Positions 1 to 8,200 of a stretch of 64,000 nt of DNA are shown piece by piece; the first letter of the stretch is position 1, and each line of letters starts with the position of its first letter. The notes below the pieces were generated by a model. It was not told the origin of the DNA. It saw only the letters and a program-made list of their open reading frames with translations, and searched no databases. A program made the translations under genes and the position numbers. This DNA is from an uncultured Chloroflexia bacterium. GTDB lineage: Bacteria; Chloroflexota; Limnocylindria; Limnocylindrales; CSP1-4. The stretch is taken from contig CAVZYT010000002.1 of the NCBI GenBank assembly GCA_963779575.1, positions 213,191 through 277,190 on the forward strand. The letters are read 5' to 3'.

Positions 1-321
1 TGCCTGGCGCGCGGCCGTCGACCCGATGTCGCCGCGCTTCGCGTCCGCGATGAACGGGACGTCGGCGGGGACCATCGCACGCAGCCGTTCGAGCGCCGCG
101 ATGCCGGCTGACCCGTGCGCCTCGAAGAACGCGAGATTCGGCTTGATGGCGGCCGCGTACGGCAGGGCGGCCTCCACGACCAGACGTGCGAAGCGCTCGA
201 CGCCCTCGAGGGTCTGTGGGAACCCGTCGGGCAGGGCGCGGGGATCCGGATCGACACCCAGGCACAGGACCGTGCCCGTCGCCGCGGTCCGGGCGCCCAG
301 CCGGTCGAGGTACGGCGTCAC
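1..321 (-). CDS. pyrF: orotidine 5'-phosphate decarboxylase, long (type 2) form; N-terminal part only, runs off the window edge
   Basis: My own minus-strand translation from GTG 321..319 reads VTPYLDRLGARTAATGTVLCLGVDPDP...AAIKPNLAFFEAHGSAGIAALERL...VPFIADAKRGDIGSTAARQA. KPNLAFFE and DAKRGDIGST are PyrF active-site signatures. The GTG overlaps the upstream stop (GTGA). It is absent from the ORF track because it is truncated. Confidence 0.75.
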   Translation of the reverse strand, partial: MTPYLDRLGARTAATGTVLCLGVDPDPRALPDGFPQTLEGVERFARLVVEAALPYAAAIKPNLAFFEAHGSAGIAALERLRAMVPADVPFIADAKRGDIGSTAARQA

Positions 322-1580
322 GAGGGGGACGGCGAGTCCGCGGGCGAGGCTCCGGGTGTCACGGCCGGCATGTCTGCTGCGGGCACGAACCAGTCAGGTC
401 GCGAGACGCCGTCGAGGCCCGCCGCCGTGGTCAGGTCCAGCGTGTCCTTGACGGTCCATGTTGGTCCGGTGCCGTCGAGCTGGACCATGCGCAGGTCGAT
501 CACCTGGCCCGCGACATGGAGGAACGCGATCTGGTCCCCGCGGGGCGACCAGGTGGGCGCCCAGCTCTGGCCGTCGTCCGTGAGGCGTGCGAGCTCGGCG
601 CCGTTCGTGGCGCTGAGGATCACCACGTCGGTGCCGTAGGCGCTGGTCTTGGTTGCCGCGATGTACCGGCCGTCCGGCGACCACGACGGATGCAGGTAGC
701 CGGGGGCCGTCACCGGCTTCGAGCTCTGCGTGTCGGGGTTCCAGGCGTAGATCCGGGGCGTGCCCTTCGCGCCGTCGCGGTCGTTGAGCACGTACAGGAG
801 GCGTCCGCCGTCCGGTCGCCAGGCGGGGTCCTGGTGGCCGAGCGGAGCGACCTGCGGGAGGCCGAGGTCCCGGATCTTGTCGTTCTTGAGATCGAACAGC
901 TTGAGCGTGACGTCGCTCGTCGTCGGGTCGGGCAGGTCCGTGGCCATCGCGACATAGCGGCCATTGGGCGAGACAACGGGCTCGCGGATGAACCCGTTCC
1001 ACTTGAACTGCCCCGGCGGGTCGACGATCCCGTCCAGCAGCCGCTCCGTCTTGCCGTCCGCGACGCTGACGCGCATCAGGGTCGGCACGTCGAGCCGGTA
1101 GTCCTTGACCTGGCCGTCCATGCTCCACTTCCCGTCGGCCCGGCGCGTCCGGACGAAGTACACGGACTGGCCGTCCTTCGAGAACGACGGCATCGAGTCC
1201 TCGACGTCCTTGCCGGGCGCGGTCAGCTGGGTGGCCTTGTCGCCGGTCTGGACCCAGACGTTGCCGTCCTTCGCGTATACGAGCGTCCCGGGGACCTCGA
1301 TGCCCGGGACCTCGATGCTGGGCACCTCGACCACGTTCGACGGCGTCGGCGTCCGGGCGACCACCGCATCGCTGCTCTGGGGTCCGCCTCCACCACCGCC
1401 GCCGGGCGTGAACGGCAGCTGGCCGTTGGTCAGGCCCAGGGTAACGAACCCGATCACGAGCAGGCCGACGATCGAGACGACGGCCGCGATCGGGACGCCG
1501 CTCGGGAGCAGGCCGTAGGGATCGCGGGTGGGCCGCCGGGAGGGTTCGGGGCGGACGCCGCCGCCGGGCGACTTGGTCAT
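318..1580 (-). CDS. membrane-anchored PD40/TolB-like beta-propeller protein
   Basis: ORF 318..2399 trimmed to ATG 1580..1578, which forms an ATGA overlap with the recJ stop. It has an N-terminal TM helix (IAAVVSIVGLLVIGFVTLGL) followed by repeated PD40-type motifs (SFSKDGQSVYF, VSPNGRYVAM, AWRPDGGRLLY, SWSPDGRYIA, TWSPRGDQIAF). The 5' extension of the ORF is Arg/Pro-rich read-through. Confidence 0.8.
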   Translation of the reverse strand: MTKSPGGGVRPEPSRRPTRDPYGLLPSGVPIAAVVSIVGLLVIGFVTLGLTNGQLPFTPGGGGGGGPQSSDAVVARTPTPSNVVEVPSIEVPGIEVPGTLVYAKDGNVWVQTGDKATQLTAPGKDVEDSMPSFSKDGQSVYFVRTRRADGKWSMDGQVKDYRLDVPTLMRVSVADGKTERLLDGIVDPPGQFKWNGFIREPVVSPNGRYVAMATDLPDPTTSDVTLKLFDLKNDKIRDLGLPQVAPLGHQDPAWRPDGGRLLYVLNDRDGAKGTPRIYAWNPDTQSSKPVTAPGYLHPSWSPDGRYIAATKTSAYGTDVVILSATNGAELARLTDDGQSWAPTWSPRGDQIAFLHVAGQVIDLRMVQLDGTGPTWTVKDTLDLTTAAGLDGVSRPDWFVPAADMPAVTPGASPADSPSPS

Positions 1581-3481
1581 GCGGCTCCTCTGCCGACGGG
1601 GACTGGCATCTCGACGGGGACGGGGGTGGCGTCGGCGTTCCCAGCGGCGCGCGCGAGGACCTCCGCCGCTCGCGGGTGGGCGCCGGACGCCGAGACGTCC
1701 CGGACCTCCAGCTGGAGCGTCTCGAGGCCGCCGAACGTGCGGCTCGCGAGGCGGGCGACGACATCGACGCGGTCGCCCTCGACAACGGTTTCGGCGAGGT
1801 CCGGACGGCCGAAGGCGATGCCGTCGAGGACGTCCCGATCGCGACGCAGCACGAGCTGCGTGTGGCCGCCGTTGGCGGCCCGGACGCGCTGGACGGTCAG
1901 GCCGAGCACGGCTACCAGCGGCTCGGGATTGCCGGTCCCGCAGGGCGCGAGGCGCGCGAGGTCGCGGTACAGCCCGTAGTCCACGAACGAGGCCGGGAGC
2001 GCCAGGTCGACGTTGAGCGGCTTGCGGGGATCCTCGGGCGCCGCCGATGCGGCCTCGACGAGGAACCGGGCGGTGAACGCGTCCCAGCGCTCCGCGGGCA
2101 GCTCGAAGCCGGCGGCCGCGGCGTGGCCCCCGTGGCGCAGGAACAGGTCGCTGCACGCGTCGAGGATGACGGCGAGGCTGAGGCGACCGTCGCTCCGGCA
2201 GGAGGCGCGAACGACGTCGCCGTCGGGCGTCGCGATCACCGTGCCGACGACCGCGGGGCGGCTCGTCTCGTCGGCCAGACGGCCGGCGACGAGGCCGAGG
2301 ATCCCGACCGGCCAGGGTCCGGTCAGGAGCAGCGCGGCGCCATCCGGACCGCCGGCGGTCCGGATCGTGGACTCGGCCGTGGCCGGCGCGTCGAGCCACG
2401 CCTGCTGGCCCGGCGCCTGCCCGGGATCCGGGAGGCCGAACGCCGCACGGGCCTCGGCGATCGCGGTCCGCATCAGGTCACGCCGGGTGACGTTCGCCTC
2501 TTCGAGCACGACGGCCAGGGCCGCGGCCTCTTCGGCCGTGGCGGCGAGCAGGAGCCGGGCGGCGTCGAGCGCCTCGCCGACACGTCCCGCTGCGTTCAGG
2601 CGCGGCGCGATGACGAAGCCGACGGTCTCGAGGTCGACGATCGCGGCCCGCGTGCCCGCGCGCTGGAGCAGGGCCGCGATCCCCGGGCGTGGAGCGGTGC
2701 GCATGAGCTCGAGCCCGAGGCGGGCGATGGATCGATTCTCGCCCAGGATCTGCGACACGTCGGACACGGTCCCGATGGTCGCGAGATCCGCCAGCTCCCG
2801 GGCCTCCGACTCGGCGCCGGCCAGCTCGCCCAGGAGCAGCCGAGCGACCGTGAACGCGACGCCCGAGCCGGACAGGCGGGCGTCCGGGTAGGCCGAGTCC
2901 GCCCGCTGGGGATTGACGATCGCGACGGCGACCGGCAGCACCTCGGGCAGATGGTGGTGGTCGGTCACGATGACGTCGATGCCGCGACCAGCCGCGTCCG
3001 CGATCTCGGGGACGCTGGTCGAGCCGGTGTCGACCGTCACGATCAGCGAGACGCCGTCGCGCACCGCGGCCTCGACGGCCGCAAGCGAGAGCCCGTGGCC
3101 CTCCTCGAGGCGCGACGGAACGTAGGGCAGCGTGTCGAGGCCCAGGCGCCGGAAGGTCAGCACCAGCTGCGCCAGCCCGGTCAGGCCGTCCGCATCGAAG
3201 TCACCGAACACCATGACCCGCTCGTGACCCGCGATCGCGCGGGCGACCCGGTCCACCACGCGGCCCGCGTCGGGCAGCAGGTGCGGGTCGTTGAGCCCGT
3301 CCTCCGCGGGGCCCAGGAACCGGGCCATCGCGTCGGCGTCGGCGATCCCCCGCCGGGCGAGGACGGTCGCCGCGAACGTCCCGAGGCCGAGCGCGCGGGC
3401 CGCCGCGCGCAGCTCCGGATCGAGATGCAGTGGCTCTGGAAACACCCAGCGGTGACGCGCTTCGATCATCGTCGCGAGCAT
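1577..3481 (-). CDS. recJ: single-stranded-DNA-specific exonuclease RecJ
   Basis: 634-aa ORF with DHH-family motifs DFDADGLTG, TVDTGSTS and VTDHHH, and the DHHA1 motif GGHAAAAGF. Confidence 0.9.
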   Translation of the reverse strand: MLATMIEARHRWVFPEPLHLDPELRAAARALGLGTFAATVLARRGIADADAMARFLGPAEDGLNDPHLLPDAGRVVDRVARAIAGHERVMVFGDFDADGLTGLAQLVLTFRRLGLDTLPYVPSRLEEGHGLSLAAVEAAVRDGVSLIVTVDTGSTSVPEIADAAGRGIDVIVTDHHHLPEVLPVAVAIVNPQRADSAYPDARLSGSGVAFTVARLLLGELAGAESEARELADLATIGTVSDVSQILGENRSIARLGLELMRTAPRPGIAALLQRAGTRAAIVDLETVGFVIAPRLNAAGRVGEALDAARLLLAATAEEAAALAVVLEEANVTRRDLMRTAIAEARAAFGLPDPGQAPGQQAWLDAPATAESTIRTAGGPDGAALLLTGPWPVGILGLVAGRLADETSRPAVVGTVIATPDGDVVRASCRSDGRLSLAVILDACSDLFLRHGGHAAAAGFELPAERWDAFTARFLVEAASAAPEDPRKPLNVDLALPASFVDYGLYRDLARLAPCGTGNPEPLVAVLGLTVQRVRAANGGHTQLVLRRDRDVLDGIAFGRPDLAETVVEGDRVDVVARLASRTFGGLETLQLEVRDVSASGAHPRAAEVLARAAGNADATPVPVEMPVPVGRGAA

Positions 3482-3564
3482 GCCACGTCCGGCTTATCCC
3501 GGACTCGACGGGACGCCGAGCCGGTGCCGGAGCAGGGGTCCGTCACGGACCCGGATGTCGGAAT

Positions 3565-3590
3565 CGGGTCCCGGCCTTGGCCGGGTCCCG
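3565..3590 (-). terminator. perfect GC-rich palindrome between secF stop and recJ start
   Basis: CGGGTCCCGGCC-TT-GGCCGGGTCCCG, a 12-bp perfect stem, lies 4 nt downstream of the secF stop (3594). There is no clear U-tract, which is common in high-GC genomes. Confidence 0.45.
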
Positions 3591-3593
3591 TGG

Positions 3594-4793
3594 TCACGTG
3601 GCGGGTCGGCGGCTTGGGCGAGCCGCGAGCTCGGCTTGGCGCCGCTTGTCATCCCGCTCGTGCCAGACGACGAGCAGCGGGGCGGCGTTGAAGATCGAGG
3701 AGTAGGTCCCGGACACGATCCCGAGCAGGAGCGCGAGCACGAACGTGCCGATCGCGTCGCCCGCGAACAGCAGCAGCGTGAGCAGCGTGATCACGACGGT
3801 CAGGCTGGTCGTGATCGACCGGCCCAGGGTCTGGAGGATCGAGTGGTTGACGATGCGCGAGAAGGGCTCGCCCACGTGCCGCGCCTTGTTCTCGCGGACC
3901 CGGTCGAACACGACGATCGTGTCGTGGACCGAGAACCCGATGACGGTCAGCATCGCGGTCACGAACAGGCTGTCGATCTGCATCCCGGCGAAGGTGCCGA
4001 GGATCGCGAACACGCCGACGACCACGAGCACGTCGTGGAGCAGGGCGACGAGCGCCGTGGCGCCCATCCGGAAGTCCTGGAAACGGAGCGTGATCCAGAT
4101 CAGGATCCCGATCGAGCCGACGAGGATCAGCAGCAGGGCCTGGGCGATCAGGTCGCTCGACACGACCGCGCCGACCGAGGACAGCGACTGCTGCTCGGCG
4201 ATCGGGCCCAGCGCCTTCTCGAGGGCGAACCTGACCTCGCCGAGCTTGCCCTGGGTCGGCAGCGCGCCGCCGGAACCGATGATCGGGCCGGGGCTGGCGG
4301 ACGCGCTGGCTCCGGGCGAGGCGGCGGCCGAGCTCGAGGGAGCCGGGCTCGCCGAGGCGGATGGAACGGGCGATGCCGAAGGAGACGGCGAGGCCGACGC
4401 GGCGGCGGATGGCGCGGGAGACGACGAGGCGCCGGCCGATGCCGAGGCCCCCGGCGAGCCGGACGGGGCGGGCGTATGCGTCGGCACGGGGGTCGGCGTC
4501 GGCGCGGGCGCGGCGAGCGCGGCCACCTTGGTCCGGATCTCCATGAAGCCAGTGCCGGTCTCGGTGACGTTGGCCTCGATCGCCTGGCCGGCCAGCAGGT
4601 CCTTGACCTGCTGCGGGGTCACGTTCGGGTCCTCGAACCGGATGGTCCAGACCGTGCCCCCCGTGAAGTCGATCGCGAACTGCAGGCCGACCTTGGGGTT
4701 CACGAGCCCCATGATGATGAAGATCAGGCCCGGGATCGTGACCGCGAGTGAGAGCGCGAAGAACCAGCGCCGCTTCCCGATGATGTCATACAC
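3594..4793 (-). CDS. secF: protein translocase subunit SecF, with a ~95-aa Ala/Ser/Pro-rich insert
   Basis: 399-aa ORF: MYDIIGKRRWFFALSLAVTIPGL..., FTGGTVWTIRF, and a C-terminal multi-TM core with DTIVVFDRVREN. GTG start at 4793 overlaps the secD stop by 8 nt. Confidence 0.9.
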   Translation of the reverse strand: MYDIIGKRRWFFALSLAVTIPGLIFIIMGLVNPKVGLQFAIDFTGGTVWTIRFEDPNVTPQQVKDLLAGQAIEANVTETGTGFMEIRTKVAALAAPAPTPTPVPTHTPAPSGSPGASASAGASSSPAPSAAASASPSPSASPVPSASASPAPSSSAAASPGASASASPGPIIGSGGALPTQGKLGEVRFALEKALGPIAEQQSLSSVGAVVSSDLIAQALLLILVGSIGILIWITLRFQDFRMGATALVALLHDVLVVVGVFAILGTFAGMQIDSLFVTAMLTVIGFSVHDTIVVFDRVRENKARHVGEPFSRIVNHSILQTLGRSITTSLTVVITLLTLLLFAGDAIGTFVLALLLGIVSGTYSSIFNAAPLLVVWHERDDKRRQAELAARPSRRPAT

Positions 4794-6147
4794 GGGCGCG
4801 CGCCTCGCCCCGGCCGCGGGTGCCCGTCGGGCGGGCGAGGAACTCCGCCTCGGTCACGCCGTACAGGCTCGCCTTGCGCGCCCACGGCTGCGCGACGACG
4901 ATCCGCAGCACGGTGCGGGTGACCGTGATCGCCGTGAACATCGAGACCAGCACGCCGACGATCAGGACGAGGCCGAAGCCGCGGATCGTCGACGAGCCGA
5001 AGATGAACAGGATCGTCGCGGTGATCAGGCTCGACACGTTGGAGTCGAGGATCGAGTTCCAGGCCCGGTTGAAGCCCGCCTCGATCGCCGCCGGGAGGCT
5101 CTTGCCGACCCGCAGCTCCTCCTTCGACCGCTCGAAGATCAGGATGTTGGCGTCGACCGCCATGCCCACCGAGAGCACGAAGCCCGCCACGCCGGCCAGC
5201 GTCATCGTCACCGGGATCAGGCGGAACAGCGCATAGACCACGAGCGCGTAGTAGATGAGGGCGCCGCTGGCCACGACGCCGGGCAGCCGGTAGTGGACGA
5301 CCATGAAGAAGATCACCATCAGGATGGCGATCAGGCCCGCGATCAGGCTCTGGTGGAGGAACGCCTCGCCGAGCGTCGGGCTCACCGTCGTGTTGGCGAG
5401 CTCCTGGATCGGGAACGGCAGCTGGCCGAACTGGAGGATCGTGACCAGGTTCTGCGCCTCGGCCAGCGGGTAGCCGCCGATGCTGCTGTTCTGGCTGATC
5501 TGGACCTGGCCACCAGGGATCGGCTCGTTGATCTGGGGGGCGCTGATGACCTTGCCGTCGAGGACGATCGCGAAGAAGTCGTTGACGTGGTCCTTCGTGT
5601 ACGTCGCGAACAGGTCCTTGCCCTCGGGCCGGAGGGTGAAGTCGACCGTCCGCTGACCCGACTGGTTGGCGCCGATCGACGCCGCCGCGACCTGGTCGCC
5701 CGAGAACAGCGGCGGGTACTGCTCGAGGTTGACCTCCTGGCCCTGCACCATCGAGGTCTGGCCCAGGGGCACGAAGTCGAGCCGGCCCGTGGTGCCGACA
5801 AGGTTGCGGATCTGGTCGGCGTTCTGGATGCCCGGCATCTCGACGATGATCCGGTCGTTGCCCTGGACAACCACCTGGGGCTCGGCGACGCCCGACTTGT
5901 CGACGCGGTTGATGATGATCTGGCGCAGGACGGCGAGATCGTCACGCGTGGGCGTCTTGCCCTCGGCCGGCAGCACCTGGTACTCGATCCGCAGGCCGCC
6001 CTGCAGGTCGAGTCCGAGCTTCGTCTCGAGGTAGTGGGTCGTGCCCGCGTCCTGGCCGCTCATCGACGGGATGGGGACCTTGACGAAGTCCACCAGGATC
6101 GCGAGCACGCCGATAACGATGATCAGGATCGGGCCAGCGCGTCGCAT
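4786..6147 (-). CDS. secD: protein translocase subunit SecD
   Basis: 453-aa ORF with an N-terminal TM helix, a periplasmic domain (LGLDLQGGLRIEYQV) and a C-terminal RND-like TM bundle (MAVDANILIFERSKEE). ATG at 6147..6145. It lies directly upstream of secF. Confidence 0.9.
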   Translation of the reverse strand: MRRAGPILIIVIGVLAILVDFVKVPIPSMSGQDAGTTHYLETKLGLDLQGGLRIEYQVLPAEGKTPTRDDLAVLRQIIINRVDKSGVAEPQVVVQGNDRIIVEMPGIQNADQIRNLVGTTGRLDFVPLGQTSMVQGQEVNLEQYPPLFSGDQVAAASIGANQSGQRTVDFTLRPEGKDLFATYTKDHVNDFFAIVLDGKVISAPQINEPIPGGQVQISQNSSIGGYPLAEAQNLVTILQFGQLPFPIQELANTTVSPTLGEAFLHQSLIAGLIAILMVIFFMVVHYRLPGVVASGALIYYALVVYALFRLIPVTMTLAGVAGFVLSVGMAVDANILIFERSKEELRVGKSLPAAIEAGFNRAWNSILDSNVSSLITATILFIFGSSTIRGFGLVLIVGVLVSMFTAITVTRTVLRIVVAQPWARKASLYGVTEAEFLARPTGTRGRGEARARV

Positions 6148-6243
6148 CGGGGCGGGATGATACAGGCCGCCGCAGTTCTGCGCCGAGGGGCTCGGCTATG
6201 GCGCCTCCCGCGCGGCCTGGCGGGTGGGCAGCAAGCGGGGCCG

Positions 6244-8100
6244 TCAGGCCTCGAGGTGGGCCTTGATCTTCTCGGCCAGTGCGCGGCTGATGCCGGGGAC
6301 CGCGGCGATCTGCTCGACCGGCGCCTCCCGCACCCGCTTCGCGGAGCCGAAGACCTTGAGCAGCTCCCGGCGCCGCTTGGGGCCGACGCCCGGCAGGTCG
6401 TCGAACGCCGAGCGGGTCGCGCGCTTCGCGCGCAGGTTGCGGTGGTACGTGATGGCGAACCGGTGCGCCTCGTCGCGCAGCCGCTGGACGAGGTACAGGG
6501 CCTGCGACGTCACCGGCAGCAGGACGGGCTCGGTCCGGTCCGGCAGCACCAGCTCCTCGCGCTCCTTGGCGAGGCCCGCCAGCGGCAGGTCGTGCAGCCC
6601 GAGCTCATCGAGCACGACCTTGGCGGCGCTCACCTGGCCCCGGCCACCGTCGACGATCACGAGATCCGGCATCGCCCAGCGAAGCTCCTCCTCGTGGCCC
6701 TCCTCCCCGGTCGTTGACCGTCGGAAGCGGCGGCGCAGCACCTCCTGGTGGCTCGCGAAGTCGTTGGCGCCCTCGACGGTCTTGATCCGGAACCGCCGGT
6801 ACTCCCCCGTCCGCGGTCGGCCCTCCTCGAACACGACCATGCTGCCGACCGACTCGCGGCCCTGGAAGTTCGAGATGTCGTAGCACTCGATCCGCATCGG
6901 CGGCCCGACCAGCCCGAGCGCGGTCGCGAGCTCCTCGAGCGCGCCGAGGGTGCGTCCCTCGTCGGCCAGCCAGCGGGCGGCCTCGCGCGCGAGCGCCTCC
7001 TCCGCGTTGCGGGTCGCCAGCTCCATCAGCGCCCGCTTCTCGCCGCGCTGCGGCGTGCGCAGGCGGACGCCGGTCCCCCGCCGCCCGGTCAGGAACGCCT
7101 CGAGGTCGGCGGTGTCCGCCAGCGAGCGTGGGACCAGGACCTCGCGCGGGACGCTGGTGGCGCGGGCGTAGTACTGCTCGAGGAAGCTGCCCAGCACCTC
7201 GTCGTCGCCGACGTTCCGCGGGGCGTCGAGGAAGAACACGTCCCGGCCCAGCATCTTGCCGTTGCGCACGACGAACAGCTGGACGGCGGCCTGGTCGTCC
7301 TTGCGCGCGAGCGCCGCCAGGTCCAGCTCGGTCCGCGCGAACGCGGCCATCTTCTGGCTCTCCATGGTCCGCTCGATCGCGCGGATCTTGTCCCGGACGA
7401 CGGCCGCCTTCTCGTACTGCTGGGCTTCCGCGGCAAACGACATCTCGTGGCGCAGGCCGTCGACGAGGGCGTCCGAGTTGCCCTCGAGGAACAGCTCCAC
7501 CTGGCTGATGTCGCGGCGATAGGCGCTCTTGCTGACCGCCTCGATGCACGGGCCCTGGCAGCGCTTGATGTGGTACAGCAGGCACGGCCGCGGCAGCGCG
7601 CGGACGCCGTCCTTGATGTCGACGGTGCAGGTGCGGAACGGGAACAGGCGCCGGACGAGGTTCATCGCCTCGTCGACGGAGCTGGCCGAGGCGTACGGCC
7701 CGAAGTAGCGACTGCCGTCGCTGGGCAGCTTGCGGGTGCGCTCGACGCGCGGGAAGTCGTCGCCCAGCGTGATCTTGATGTACGGGTAGCTCTTGTCGTC
7801 CTTGAGCCGGACGTTGAAGCGCGGCTTGAAGCGCTTGATGAGGTTCGCCTCGAGCAGCAGCGCCTCGGAGACCGAGTCGGTCTCGGTGACCTCGATGTCG
7901 GCGACCTTGTCGATGGCCTCGCGGATCTGGTGGTAGCCGCCGCGCGCGCTGGGTGCCTGCTTCTGCCAGTAGCTGCGCACCCGGCTGCGCAGACTCTGGG
8001 CCTTGCCGACGTACAGGACGTCTCCCCTGGCGTCCTTCATCAGGTACACGCCGGGCCGGTCGGGCAGGTTGGCGAGGGTCGCGCTGAGCTCCGGGGTCAC
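6244..8100 (-). CDS. uvrC: excinuclease ABC subunit C
   Basis: 618-aa ORF with a GIY-YIG N-terminus (PGVYLMKDARGDVLYVGKA), a central UVR domain and a C-terminal helix-hairpin-helix (LPGVGPKRRRELLKVFGS). GTG start. Confidence 0.95.
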   Translation of the reverse strand: MTPELSATLANLPDRPGVYLMKDARGDVLYVGKAQSLRSRVRSYWQKQAPSARGGYHQIREAIDKVADIEVTETDSVSEALLLEANLIKRFKPRFNVRLKDDKSYPYIKITLGDDFPRVERTRKLPSDGSRYFGPYASASSVDEAMNLVRRLFPFRTCTVDIKDGVRALPRPCLLYHIKRCQGPCIEAVSKSAYRRDISQVELFLEGNSDALVDGLRHEMSFAAEAQQYEKAAVVRDKIRAIERTMESQKMAAFARTELDLAALARKDDQAAVQLFVVRNGKMLGRDVFFLDAPRNVGDDEVLGSFLEQYYARATSVPREVLVPRSLADTADLEAFLTGRRGTGVRLRTPQRGEKRALMELATRNAEEALAREAARWLADEGRTLGALEELATALGLVGPPMRIECYDISNFQGRESVGSMVVFEEGRPRTGEYRRFRIKTVEGANDFASHQEVLRRRFRRSTTGEEGHEEELRWAMPDLVIVDGGRGQVSAAKVVLDELGLHDLPLAGLAKEREELVLPDRTEPVLLPVTSQALYLVQRLRDEAHRFAITYHRNLRAKRATRSAFDDLPGVGPKRRRELLKVFGSAKRVREAPVEQIAAVPGISRALAEKIKAHLEA

Positions 8101-8149
8101 GCCCCGATTGTGCGGCAGGTCGGAGCCCAGCGCGATCGAGACACAGGAC

Positions 8150-8175
8150 GATGGCCGGCCCGAGGGCCGGCCATC
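8150..8175 (-). terminator. perfect palindrome downstream of the phosphatase gene, upstream of uvrC
   Basis: GATGGCCGGCCC-GA-GGGCCGGCCATC, a 12-bp perfect stem, lies about 26 nt after the stop at 8201. Confidence 0.45.
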
Positions 8176-8200
8176 AGTGGTGGGCGGAGGAGCTCGGGCG

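Noticed and set aside
186-6717. Very long alternate-frame or antisense ORFs in the supplied track, for example 186..1979 +, 1676..3691 +, 3745..6717 +, and likewise 15269..18499 +, 20321..22741 +, 25332..27650 - and 33844..37338 -.
   Set aside because: Their translations are dominated by Arg/Pro/Gly/Ala/Asp runs with no motifs, and each lies opposite to or out of frame with a gene that has clear family signatures. This is typical stop-codon-poor shadow reading in GC-rich DNA.
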